DNA of 64,000 nt, from NCBI GenBank assembly GCA_965637545.1, contig OZ281499.1, forward strand, positions 18,104,001-18,168,000, in the 5' to 3' direction. Every line of letters starts with the position of its first letter. Positions within the stretch are counted from its first letter, which is position 1. This stretch comes from Phallusia mammillata. Taxonomy: Eukaryota. Below the pieces are notes generated by a model, which saw nothing but the letters and a program-made list of their open reading frames with translations, was not told the origin of the DNA and did not search any database. Both the position numbers and the translations under genes were made by a program. Below, piece by piece: positions 49,401 to 62,248 of this stretch.

Positions 49401-51483
49401 AGCTCTACCTCAAAGGTGCAACTTTGGTACGAATGAGGGCAATGGTAAATTTCATACCGAATCAAGTCCGTTTTAAACAAAATCCAGCTGAAATTCGATT
49501 TACAACTCTGTCCTGACAAGAGTTTCGTGGCCATGTTAACAATAATTAGTTTTTACCGAAATCGCTTGTTTGGACTTGATATTTCTGTCTTCCATTTCTT
49601 GAAGAAGCGTTTTGTTGTCACTCTTGAGAGAATCCAGAATGTCACGTGGGTGTTCGAGGTCCAGATCGATTTGGTCAAAACAACTGTGTTTCAATCTTCG
49701 TCGTAAAACCGGATCTTTTCTAATTAAATAAATATTAAAAATGAGTATTTATATTAAATCTGTCGCTTGTTATAACCAGCAAACTATTAAATTGCTCAAG
49801 TTAAGTTCCTAAGGCAATAAACAAATTATAAAACAATGGAAGCTTGTCTCATTGAAAATCTTTAATATAAATTGGTAATTAACATGAGAAATCAAATACG
49901 CTTTTAATAAATGTTTTAGTAAACCTGTAAATTCCGCTGTTGTATCCTGTGTCACCACTCCCTTCTACTTTTTGACTCCATATTGAACTAGTTATAGGCG
50001 ACAAATTCGGAAGAACAAGTTCCTCTAATGGCCGTATAGGTTCGGGATCTTCTTTGCTCTCATCGGATACAGCGTTAGGTAGTTGCTCGGTGTTAAAATC
50101 TCTTTCGCGTTTTGTTCGAAGAAGATTGGGTAAAAAACCTCGCTTGGGGCTAACTGGGTCGGGTTTGGGTGAATTAGGAAGGGTCCGCTCCTCGTCAGAT
50201 GACCCTTCTTCTGGGTCTTCTTGCAAGTTCGCCATATCAGTGCGCTTTCTTTCCAACATCTAAATTTTCGTTTTGATACAAGTTAGGTGTCGGCGTTTTT
50301 GGTTAACAGCTGCAGACAGTGCCTATACTGTTTCGGTCTTTGAACTCTTTTCAAATGTGAACCGGGTCCAAATTATAATGGACTTAATAATGTATAAAAA
50401 TAACATTTCCAATGTAATTTTTTTTACAGTTTTTATGAAATTCCTCCCCTGAACTCATAAAATTCCTCCCTAGGGAGGAATTCCTCCCCGGTTGGGAACC
50501 ACTGCCGTAAAGGCTATTAGGGTAGCCCCTATATTACATCGTTGGAAGTAACAGGCTGAAAATATATGAACTCAACATTTTGTTCAGTCTTCCAAGTAGG
50601 CTACTACTTTTCTAGATGGGGCTAAAACAACACATTACAACTATTTTTTGAAGTGGAATATGTCTAATATGTTATCCCATGTACTGCTAGCGGATACCTC
50701 ATATTGGTAAGAAGTTAAAAGGCACTTCAGCACTTAGTTTAAACAACAAGTGAAGCCTGTTTGTAATAATTACGACAAGATTGATGAAGCATATTGTTGT
50801 TAGAGTAACCACTACTAAACATCAAATTTCAAACCTGTCCCATAAATACCACGAAAACTAGACTTGTTGCAACAAAACTTGAACCCAATTTCATTTCGTG
50901 TTAGCTTCAAATTTAACAGACAGACCTAAGTCCAGAGTTGTAAACGGACCCGAAATTGGAGCCCGAACCCGAAAGTACAAGCCCGAAACCCTGCCCGAAA
51001 CCCTGCCCGAAACCCTGCCCGAACCCGAATCGTTTTTCAGAAGCCCGCATAGGCCCCAACGTTTGATTGACAAGCCTATACTTGAAGCCTCGATAGACGA
51101 TTGGTCTCGAACAAGGCGTTTTAGGGCTGTTTGACATTAGGTTAGGTCCATCAACTAGTTATTTTTTAAATACTGACACAAAGTGTAAAGTCAGGCCTGA
51201 ATTAAGCCCGTTTTATAAATAAAACCTAAGCCCGAACCCGACCCGACTTACAACTCTGCTGCAGCAGTCACTTTGAGTAACGAATTTTGTAACGTAACAA
51301 AGACCAACAAATTAATTTTCTCCTAACCTTCCACAAAAACACTAATACCCCTATTATGACGACACAAGCGAGAATAGCTCCGACAATTTCCCCGGTCTCA
51401 TCGGATGGTGGGGCGGCAGGTGGTTGCTCTGGTGCTTTGTACACATAAACATCTCCATCGTTCTCTTCTCCCAAGTCAGCCAT
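46453..51483 (-). CDS. Unrecognised 570-aa single-pass membrane protein, 6 coding exons
   Basis: Exons 51483-51328, 50259-49925, 49719-49557, 48744-48529, 47942-47800 and 47152-46453. All introns are GT-AG with compatible phases; total 1713 nt. TM segment IVGAILACVVIIGVLVFLW followed by basic residues. Confidence 0.8.
48822..49056. mobile_element. hAT MITE, 235 bp, intronic
   Basis: CAGTGGTCGGCAACC...GGTTGCCGACCCCTG with perfect TSD CCCTATAT. Confidence 0.9.
50933..51258. mobile_element. MITE-like element with CCCGA-rich internal repeats, intronic
   Basis: 11-bp inverted termini CAGAGTTGTAA/TTACAACTCTG and (CCCTGCCCGAAA)x3; TSD not evident. Confidence 0.6.
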
Positions 51484-52859
51484 GTATTTTTTTTTAATTT
51501 AAGTCATGTTTGTCATGCTTCATATTGGCTGAAAAGGACTGATTTGCTAAATGATAATAAGCATTTATAGGACATGTATGGTGCCAATTGTTAAATACTA
51601 TATAATGTTGGCTGCACTGGCTACAAAATGTATTTGCGTTAATTTTACGAACCCGTTAACTTGCTTAATTTGTGTCATTTTTAGGCTCTGTCGAACTTAC
51701 CCTCACCAAACACATTCTTTCTTTTCTACATTTTGGTTAAATAATATCCAATCGCAGATAAACCCATGTGAAGTGCAGCAACTTCCTGGAATTAAACCTA
51801 TGATTCCAGCAAATATCACGAGGAGCTGAAACTGTTAGGAAGATTTTTTCAGTGGTTTTATTTGCCTGACGAACCCCTTATATCTTTGCCAAAAAAAGAT
51901 TGATTAGCTTTAGGAGCTTCTTTGAATGGTTCAACCGACGTCCTAAAACTTGTATTGTTCACTCGCAATGCATTTTATTACACTTTCTTTGTTGGGAGCA
52001 GCTACATAACGTTTGTAGGTCCAGCGCGTTTAGCCATAATTCAACGCCCTCCACTTTTTTGGCACTCCATGGAGTTTCAGATATTTTAAACCTGCATGGT
52101 GACTGTTTTAGTGCAAGTGTGTCGCTATGTTTTCTGTCAAAAAGCGAAACAAACTTAATTCAGCCATATTGAGACAAAATGCGCTCTAAACCCTCTCTTA
52201 AAAATGGACTATGCTAGCTGTATACCATTCTAATCTATTGCTAAATACACACAGCTTGTTGAAACTGGTCAATATTTTCACACCATCCAAATGACTTTCC
52301 CTGTCAACGATTTATGACAAACTACGGCATAAGTTGCACTCACCCAAAGAGTGGTACTTTAAGTGGCTCTTTAAAAGGCAACATTTACTTTCAAAATACT
52401 AACAGATGGTGGCAGTGTTTACGCGAAACACAAGACCAAATAGCAATCCCCAACTGTGGCTTTATACTATAGGCTGGTAGTCCAAATGCTTTGTCGTAAC
52501 TCTGGCCACTCCAAACTCATTACCTGTTAACAACGTTCCACGTCTATAGATCGATATAATTTCTGAAGAAAATATTTAATTAGGTGATGTTTGAAACAAA
52601 AACACTATATAAGTGATTTTCGTTGTTGTTATTGTGGGTCAAATGATCGACCGTGCCTTCAAAAACCACCAAAATATTTATTATGTAAGAAAATATGTTT
52701 GATTTTTATGGTACCCGTTGTCATTTCATATCTGACTAGTATGGAGTCAATGCAGGTAGCTTACTGGAAAACTGACTAGTATGAAAAACTCTTAATCGAG
52801 TTATTCGCAACCTATAAGGTTATGTGTTCTAAAGTAGAAATAATGAAAATTTACTTACG

Positions 52860-53373
52860 TCAAGTTAGAAGACTTTGACTGCGATTGAAATTGTTTCATG
52901 GAAACTATTGCGACATTTTACATCATCACATATAGATGCAGACCGTCAGCTTACACAAAAAAGGTGGTATGGGTTGAATAAGTCAGAACACTAGGTAAAA
53001 AAATGCAATAGACGGCAGGGTGTAAATAATTATATGTTCTCACCACAAACCGTATTTACTCGATTGCAAGCCGCTCTCGATTACAGTTAGCCACACAAAT
53101 TGGAGTGCAAACAACAATCGAGTAATAGTAAGTAGAAATACTAGAATATCGGTTACTGACACAATATTTGATTAAATTCAAAATTAGTAAGTTTTGATTA
53201 ACTAGCTGATTGAAAAAACTGTTGTATTTTCTCAAAAATCGATCGGTCACTATGTGCATGATTTCTATTGCGGAAGTGACGAATTTAGGGGAAGTTAAAT
53301 CTCGATATTTACGTGAAATTTCGCGACAGAGCAGCAGATGGAGCCGATAGGTCGCAGATTATTACGTCGCAGG
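52860..53373. promoter_or_regulatory. Candidate bidirectional promoter between the unrecognised gene and MACO1
   Basis: CGGAAGTGAC (ETS-like) at 53271-53280, plus-strand donor CAG|GTATT near 53372 and minus-strand donor GTAAGT near 52858. Confidence 0.4.
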
Positions 53374-55306
53374 TATTAATCTTTTCTAAAAAACGGTTTC
53401 GTGCAGTTCTCGTTCAAGTGTATCGGTCGACGTAGAATTGCAAGTTTTGTTTTGTGCCTTTAGGTATAGATTTGTTTTCAGTTTCTATAACCTTGTTTAC
53501 AATAAATCGTAAAGATACATTTTTATTTTGTTACATACAGTTGTAAACCGTGCAGAACAGCAGCCAACCAAAAAATTAAAAAAGTTTTGTTTTGTTTTTT
53601 ACACCTTTTAGTTTCATTAACATTCTTTGGTCCGAAAATTATGTTAGAGTGCAGAGCACTCTGCCAGTGTATTAGATTTTTAAATTACTATTATGGACTT
53701 TGTTATTTGAGTATTATATTTTGAACTAAAAGCCTGCCCTATTATGCTTATTGCCTAAAATGTGAAGCAGCACTGTTAAAAAGTCCTAATGAGCCAATTA
53801 GCATGCTAAAGAAAGTCCATGGCAGTCACTTCACATAGTTCACAATAATTATGTGAAGAGCATCAACTGTGCTTCTACTTGGACTAGGGTCCCTCTATTT
53901 GCTTTTTCGTTCCTTAAGAAACAAGAAATTAAAAAATCTCGAGAGTCTTGAAATTTTTTATTTTAGCAGATTTTCTAACAAAAACAAATGAAAAAATCCG
54001 ATTGTATGCCTTTTCGCTTCTAGTAGCGATCACAAATAGTGCTTCACTCGCAAACCAGCAAAAACGAAGTGACTGTGGGTCCTTGTTATAGATATAGTAG
54101 CATGACTACTGCTTGGGAAGGTGAAAGTTTAGTCGCAACTCGCACTGCACATTAAAAATCGCTGTTTCGCGATCAAAGGAAAGTAAGGCAGCCACGGCGC
54201 TCTAGGGGCAAGTCAAAACAAAAAATACACATGAAAAGTGGTGACGCATTTACTTATAATCTATAATACATGGCGTACTTTCTTGCGATAAATTTTTATT
54301 GATTTCATGAGAATCGAGAAGCTATTTGTTCAAGATTTTTCACGAATTTCTCGAGAAGGAACCTTTGTGATGTACATATAATATTCCTAATATATATAAT
54401 GTAGCTTCAGCGCACTTGGCATTGATCAATTCACCTATTGTGCAATTGACTTTTTCCGCTTCAAATCATTTTAATAGTGTGCAGCTGTTTGCAACTGGGG
54501 ATTTGTTTTAGTGTAGTTGTGTTTCTTTGTTTTCGGTCACCAAATAAAACAAACTCAACTCCATTTTGTGTAAAACAATAAACAAAATTACGTAAAAAAG
54601 AATTCAAAAATAAAAAATATTAAAATGTTACCTTGTGGTAAATGACCATTGAGGTATGGAATACAAACACCACTACTGTCAGTTTTTTTTAAGGTTGGTT
54701 TGGGTGACCGCTAAGTAGTTTTAAGAGACCGCAAGTGTTTCATTTAAATACCAAAAAATATTTTTGGGAAACCGCTGGAGAAATTCCCTTCAAAACACCT
54801 CAAAAAACACACTGACTACTGTATTTGCAAATTACAATCTAGTTAGATCAAAAGCTATATTAATTATAAACTTATTGAAAACAAGATCAGAACTGTTACA
54901 AGAAAGGTTTTAACAGCGCAAGTAAGATTTGATTTGTATCTTTAATGTTTGTTTTTTTGTGTAATAAATTTACAGTAAGCAATTACCCACATGATAACAG
55001 AAAATATTTTATTGTTCTTCAAAAAGAACTCCTTTTGTTCACTAGCTAGAAAGCACTGATCTAAATGTACAGTCTCTAGAAAGAAATACAGATGACTTAA
55101 TTTTTTTTTCATTGGTTGGTCCTAATTTTGTTCATATTCTATTCCTTTACATAGACAGGTGTAATTTTTTTGGTCTAGTATACCTTTAAGCTGAAGTTAG
55201 TTCAAGGAAAAGTCACATATAAAAGTTTTTTTTTTTAATTACCAGCTTCTTAAATGTGATTTGGTTACATGCAAATCTAACTTTTCCTTCCAAACAAAAA
55301 ACATCA

Positions 55307-55399
55307 AGCCAATAAATGATAAGCGAACTGCGGAAAGTGCACACTGTTTTGGTCTATAAGGTCTCATCGAACCAAACAATGTGCACTGTCTGCAGCTTA
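55307..55399. repeat. Degenerate hammerhead-family repeat, two partial copies in inverted arrangement
   Basis: AGCCAATAAATGATAAGC...GTGCACACTGTT...CTATAAGGTCTCATC matches 41711-41768, then AATGTGCACTGTCTGCAGCTTA on the opposite strand. Confidence 0.7.
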
Positions 55400-55759
55400 C
55401 GTTTTTGCCAATGTTTGTGTCGAGCTGGTATGCTCGGTGTAAATATATTTAGTCAATTCGTGGGTGTTATCAAATGTTGTAAAGTTGTGTAACACTGTAG
55501 TATGTTTTATTGCAAGAAATATTATCTGCTTGGTCGATCTATTTTTTACATAATATGCCAACAAGGTTGACCACAAAGACTATAGTCAGGAAATATGCTT
55601 ACAGTTGTACAAATCAATAAAGAAAATAGCTATTTGTTTTGTAACAGCAATCCACTTTAACACTTACGTTTTGTAACAGAGGCGAATATACAGTAAGATA
55701 GTGTCTTTTCACATAGTATCAAACTGCTCATGTGCAAAAGGATACAGCAACAATAGACA

Positions 55760-58700
55760 ATGAAAAGACGGAACGTTGACACTAGCAAGCAACCTCGTCG
55801 GCCTCTAAAGCGACCAAACAAATTCACAGACAGTGTATATGGAAGGTAAGAACTGGATTGGGTAAAAAATTTGCAAGAAGCTTTCTAGTGATATGGTATG
55901 AAGACCAATATAATGAGCATTATGTTTGCATGTAAAATTTATTACTTAATACATAGTTTGGATCGGTGGTTCTCAACCTGTAATACGCATGTCATTAATG
56001 GTGGTATGCAACTACCTTTCTACTTTACTTAATTAAAGTTAGATTATGAACTGCAACTTAACTGACCCAACTGATCAGCCCTGGTTTTTGGCGAAACTTG
56101 TGTCTTGAGCATTCCATTGAAATTGCCAATCTTCCTGGTTTCAGCAGTATGCTAGCTTATTCAAGAAGAACAGGCCTAGACCTGGCCTACCATCCCAACA
56201 GAGTTTAGGTGATATGCAGCAATAAAAAAGTTGTTACGCGATCAGTATTAGGTTGAGAACCACTGGTTTACATTTATTATTTTCTTTAATATACAAAAGA
56301 GGCTCTTATTAAGAGCATATTTAAAAGAGCACTTTAGTTTTGTCACAGCAACTGTTTAAAAACACACCATAAATACAGAAATAAAAGAAGTGTTTTTTGA
56401 ACATGCTATTGGAAAAGTAACACAACCTTTATTATTAATTAAGCTCTTTCGTGTACATCAAGTTCATGGTTGTATGGATGTTTATCTTGCTCGCTGACTT
56501 CATACTGGAATTTCGCTTCGAATATGTTTGGCCTTTTTGGTTGCTGATTCAGAGCGTCTACGATACTTTTAAATATCAAGGGCTGGTAAGTAGCTATTGT
56601 GTTAAAATATTTTCGTGGTATTTTATTCATTGCAACCTGTGCAGCTGTTTTTGCCATCTGCATATGTCAATAGCAAATTGACTGGTGGTGTTTGCAATTC
56701 TATCAATATCTCCTCTTTGTTATGCAATTACAAAGCACAATTGGTGTATTGAACTCCCGGGGTATATATGTATTTGTACACATATAAAAATATATGTAAA
56801 TGATAAACAATTCAATGTTGTTTTGCCTTTGGTAATCATTTATTGATACTCGTTTAAAAGTAACAATTTTTTTTCTTCAGTTACAACTTACTTTATAGTT
56901 TGGATAACTGACAAATTATGTTGGTATCGCTTTATAACATGTATATATTACACAATAACTGAACTGGGTGGCTTGTTTTGTAATTTAACTAAAGTAAAAT
57001 TGCATTTGCTGTGTAACGTTCAATCACCTATGCTAGAGAATGGCTGACAGTTATGCTGCAGAATAATATTGATTCTGTGATTATTGTACAAAAGAATTAG
57101 TTTTGAAACACATAGACTCAATTCTATTTTCTTGCCATTCTTAAACCCATGGCTTCCAAATGAAGACATTTTGGTGGGTCTGTTAAAGCTTCTACCATGT
57201 TTAGTACAACAGGCTGCCATGTTTTCATAATAAAACTTGCTTGGTCATATTTTGAGTGTAAAATTTTTTGAAAACATAGTTGTATTTGCTGCATTACAAA
57301 TTGATATTTAATGAAATTTTAGGCCACAGTTCAGAATCACGTGAAAACATCTAAAACCATTCATTCAATTCGTTTAAATCTGATTTGTAGAAAATTAGCA
57401 ACTAGGCATGGACGTAGTGTGCAAAATTTGCTAGTGGTTGCCCTGATGCGTGTGTCATATGTGTGTATGTCGTTAATACAAAACGAAAGGGAAGTTGTCA
57501 CATTACCGCAGCTTTTTATTGAATTTCCTCATGTTTGAGCGTTGTATGGTCAACAACCAAGCATTGTACTGCTTTCAATACTGACTTACTTTCACTGGCT
57601 TAAATGATAGCACACTAAGTTTTGTTTGGTTCAAAAACTAGTGTCTAAACTAGCACAGATGGTTGACACAGGAAAGACATTATTTAAAATAAAACATGTC
57701 CATCTGCTAAATTGCGCCATATTTGTGTTGACGTAATAAAATATGTTTTTGTTGTGGCTCATTAGAAATTTATAAATTGTGTAACATGATTATTTTACTA
57801 ATGCAAATGAAGTTAAATATACTATACCTTGCCATCTGCTGTGTGTATACAAATGCAGCCTGTCCTAATTGAATTAGTCATGGGATATTAGCTGTTCTAT
57901 ACCACTTCTAAACACCTATTTGTTTGCTAAGGTGTTTTTTGTACGACATATACATAAAAAGCAAGTTCTTTTATCTGTCACTAAATATTTTTATTTGTTT
58001 CATATAAATTACCAGAAGCCCTAACTAATCAATAAATTTTTTTTTTGTACTTTTAAACACCCATTTGTTTGTAAAGGTGTTTTTGTCTGTGTAATATTCA
58101 GGTAAAGGCCATTTTTGGATCTGTAACTATAACTAAATATACAAGCTATGATAAAAATATTTTGTTTATTTTCCACTTTTGAACACAAATACATTTGTAA
58201 AGGTGCCTTTTTTGTTTAATGTTTTAGTCAAACGCCAGTTTCTGGATCTGTAACTAAATTTACACACAACCTGTCATAAAGTATCTTTTGTTTATTTTTG
58301 CAGGCCTACTCAGTGTTTTTTGTTTGTATTGCAATTACATCAGACACTGTATGCCTTCTCTTTATTCCCATCCAGTGGCTGTTTTTTATGGCAAGCACTT
58401 ATGTTTGGATCCACTACGTTTGGCACACAGGTGGGCATTACATAAACAGAAGCTTGGCCTTCAGATTATCTGCCATTATTTATGTTTATGTGAGACAGAT
58501 GTTATTTGGTTATTGGCGGGAATTAGATTGAGTTACCGCTATAAATCTTTCATCAGGTTAACATCAGGCAAATTGCACAAACATTTTCAATGACGGGTTG
58601 CAGGGTCCTTGAGCCGTTATTATGCACAAAATAAATGGACCAGAAATTATATGTAACAAATAAATCAACTGAAAATAATGTTTTTTTCAGAAAAATGTGT

Positions 58701-61700
58701 TTAAAATATTATATTAAATATATCAATTTTACTATGACTAACAAGTCAATATGGCGTCTGCATCGACGCTGCATGGCCAAACCCAGCTATTCATCTATGT
58801 CTTAAGTTAATATGTGTTTTTATTGATATATTTTTTTTTATATTATTTATTTATGTATATGGTCACCCTGACTTGTCATGTGGTCTTTTAGATTTCTTAG
58901 GGTGAAAATTTTGTAGTACTTGCCATTTCAGAGTAGGCTGTATTGTGGTTAGACCAAAAAACTTTGTTAACTCTGTAGTTAGTATTTTTGTCATATAAAA
59001 CAATACAAACAATATTTACTCATATTAATATTTGTTGTTGTTTACAGACAAGGGCATTTGTTTGCCTACGGTTTCGCTGTGGTTATTTTTTATGTACATC
59101 GAAGCCACAATGAGGTTGCGCGATTTGAAAAACAGTCCGTTCCATATCGAACTTTGTAAACCCTTTGCTGCTCACTGGTAGGTCCTTGTTTGTTTATTTT
59201 ACTTATTTAGTCACTATACAAAAGTATGCGCTCTATAAGTGGCTGCTGTAATACAGTTTAGGAAGCAGCATAATTTGTTGTCTAAAACACAGTTTAGGAA
59301 CTCTTATTGGTACTTATTGCTTCTCAAAACAACGACATACAGTCAACAGTCCAAAAAATCCTTTTTCCTATATTACATCCAAGAAAATATATAAAGTATA
59401 TATATATAGGTATAAAATATAGATTTTGTCGTATGAGTACATGCATATAAAATACATTATTAGAAGCCTAACCTATTTTAGTTTTAGTTTTCTGCCGTAA
59501 CATATAAAGATTGCAATGATATGTTGTAATGCAAAAGTTTTTTAAACACGCTGTATAGCTAGGTGATAATTGTGAGATTGTATGTTGCACTTTGCCATAC
59601 CTATCCACTAGCTCTTCAATATATACTGACTGCACATTCATTGCATTAAGGAAGGAAACCAGATTTAAATACCCCACACCCAATAACCAATCATGTGTGC
59701 CATGCTAGATTCATTTAGTACCTTCGACTATATCTTTGACTTTGCAAGGAACTGTGTTTTAGTATTGCACCAAACAGTGTTCTAATAAACATAAAAACGT
59801 TACGTCAGGGGTCGGCAACTCTTTAAACACTGATACCAATTTACTTGTTATGTCAAAATGACAATAGCTTTGCATGCCAATATTGTGCATATTAGTGGTT
59901 TGTACCAGCTGATTTTAACAATGGTTAGAAAGCAGACATGATCTGCATTTTTGGTACCATTTAATCATAACAAAATAAAAACAGTTTTTATTCTGTCAAA
60001 CTGTACTTAAAATTGAAATCTTAAAGTACTTTGTGCTATGAACACTCACCTCTTTGGCATGCATTGCATTTCATTATACCATGTTATATTAAAAACCTGT
60101 ACTGCATAAAACACATACTATATGCATTTGTCTTGTACAGTATGCTTTTATCGGATTACAAACAGTGCAGATAAAGTTCCGTTGCAAGTCAGGTTTCAAT
60201 TCACAGTGCAATGACTTTAGTGCATTACATTTTTCCATGTCTTTTAATGTTATGTGTGTTCAAAATCTGTTTTCTCTTTTTAAAGTTTTTAAAATGTAAT
60301 CTCAAATTTCTTATGCACTAACTACACCAGTGATTCTCAAACTTTTCAAGTGTGTGGCGCATGTACAAACTAAATTTTTATTCCATGGCACACTTTGCTG
60401 GCCAACATGACAAAAGTTGTCAAAAATATGTAATTTTCAACTTTATTGTAGTGGATAAGATTACTGTGGGAAACAAGAAAAAATGAGCTTTAATATGTTG
60501 CCATGTATGCCTGCATTTAGTAACCAAGCAAACACCAGAGAATGTTTGAACTTTAAAATTAAACTTTTGCGGCACACTTGGAATCTATCGGGGTGCACTA
60601 GTGTGGCTCGGCACACAGTTTAAGAAGCACTGAAATAAACACATTACTGTCGTAATAATGTTAACCCTAGTGCAGGGGTCACCAAACTACGGCCTGCGGG
60701 CCGGATCCGGCCGGAGGTCATTTAATCCGGCCCTCGACCACATTTTTTGGTTTGCCAAATCGTATTGATAACTTTGTATCATTCAAAATTAATCTACTTC
60801 TTACGAAAAATGTAATAATATTACGTAGTTTAATAGGATTACAACGCCCAGGATTGATCCAAAGTCAGTTTGTTACGTCACAGACAAGACTACTAGGTTC
60901 AATTGTGCGCAAACAAATGCCTTTACTTGTGACGTAACATACAAGCATTGCTTGTAAGAGACGACCTATACAATTTAACAGTCGCATCACCACATTTTAA
61001 ATGGGATTGTAGCAAGACCAAATCTTGGCGCACCTAGAAAAATCGCCTCGCGGGCTAAGTTTTGAAAGGCGGCGCTAGGACATGTAAACTATGTGGCCCG
61101 CGCGAATTATTTTTAGACTTATCCGGCCTGCAGTCAAAAAAGTTTGGTGACCCCTGCCCTAGTGTGTTGTAAAAGTAAATAATTATGTGTCCCCTTCCCT
61201 GAACTATTTGTTGATTTTACTCTTTGCAGCATTGGCCACCCAGTGGTAACGCTCGGAATTGGTTTAAAGAGCTACGTACTTTATCGGTTGCGACTGCGAA
61301 CACAGCATAAAGTTCAGAAAGAAAACAATTTTTATTTGGAGCTTTTGAAGTATGCACTGCCCAAAGAAATGCGACAAAATCATGCGATTTCCTTTGTAGA
61401 CAAGGAGAAGATTGAAAAAGGTTGGTTACCAAAAGTCACATTTAAACCAGAATACTTGTGGTGCAATAATATTATAATCATAACAAATAATGGAATGAAA
61501 CCGGATCTTCTCTAATATTGCTGCTATGTGGTTCCCAAACCTTTATGAACAAATTCCACAAAATTTTTATTCCTCTCAAATAGACTACATAAGAGATGGT
61601 AAACCATACAAAGATTTTTAAAAAATTGAGTCTTTTATCAACTTTGCAGGTTATATTCCCAAGCTAAAGTGTCTATTTACAAAACACATGTAAAAATTAA

Positions 61701-62248
61701 GGCAAATTTCGTCCCTCAAGTTTTAAAATTCCTCCCCTGTTAGGGGTTTAAAATTCCACCACTAGTTTAAGTACAGTTGTATGTTGTTAAATAATCAACC
61801 AATTTGCAATTTTTTTGCATTTAACTTGAATTTGCATTTAACCTTACTTTAATTACCAGGGTTTATTTGTACTTACTTTTTTATAGGAGATTGTAAAGTC
61901 CTTAAATTTCTTGTCCAGATAGACATAATAGCCCAAGACATGGCAATAATTCAGATCCGTTTGGAACAAAGATTTTGAATTAAAACCATATTAGTTTTAT
62001 CCTCGTGTAATTTATAGTATGAAATATTTCCAAATTAACTAAAATAATGGAATACCAATATCCCTATTTCTTGCGAGGAAAATTCGTTTTGTTGACTCTT
62101 AACAGGCTCTGTGTTCTATTTTGGTAAAAAAATTACACTTTTTATTGTATTTTAGCGGAAAGTAATGGACAGTCGAATGGAGTTCTGCCACATCAGCAGT
62201 CAAAGAAGTCGCAAAAACAACTCGCAATACAGGACTCCACAATACAAA
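55760..62248 (+). CDS. MACO1: Macoilin (TMEM57), first six coding exons; the gene continues beyond these
   Basis: Exons 55760-55845, 56444-56585, 58304-58430, 59048-59177, 61230-61420 and 62156-62248 give MKRRNVDTSKQPRRPLKR...ADFILEFRFEYVWPFWL...CLPTVSLW...PFAAHCIGHPVVTLG...VQKENNFY, matching the recalled macoilin N-terminus. The last exon is less certain. Confidence 0.95.
55964..56265. mobile_element. hAT MITE in MACO1 intron
   Basis: CGGTGGTTCTCAACCT/AGGTTGAGAACCACTG; TSD GTTTGGAT vs GTTTACAT (6/8). Confidence 0.75.
60328..60632. mobile_element. Older hAT MITE in MACO1 intron
   Basis: CAGTGATTCTCAAACT/AGTTTAAGAAGCACTG; TSD 6/8 match. Confidence 0.65.
60673..61156. mobile_element. hAT MITE (same family as 40975-41471)
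   Basis: TIRs CAGGGGTCACCAAACT and perfect TSD CCCTAGTG. Confidence 0.92.

Noticed and set aside
48248-50504. Single hAT element bounded by CAGGGATTCCCAA and TTGGGAACCACTG
   Set aside because: Flanking 8-mers do not match and the interval contains three in-phase host exons; more likely two separate remnants.
50891-51137. ORFs with PETLPETLPETL / GQGFGQGFGQGF repeats
   Set aside because: Translations of a 12-bp repeat inside a MITE-like element in an intron.
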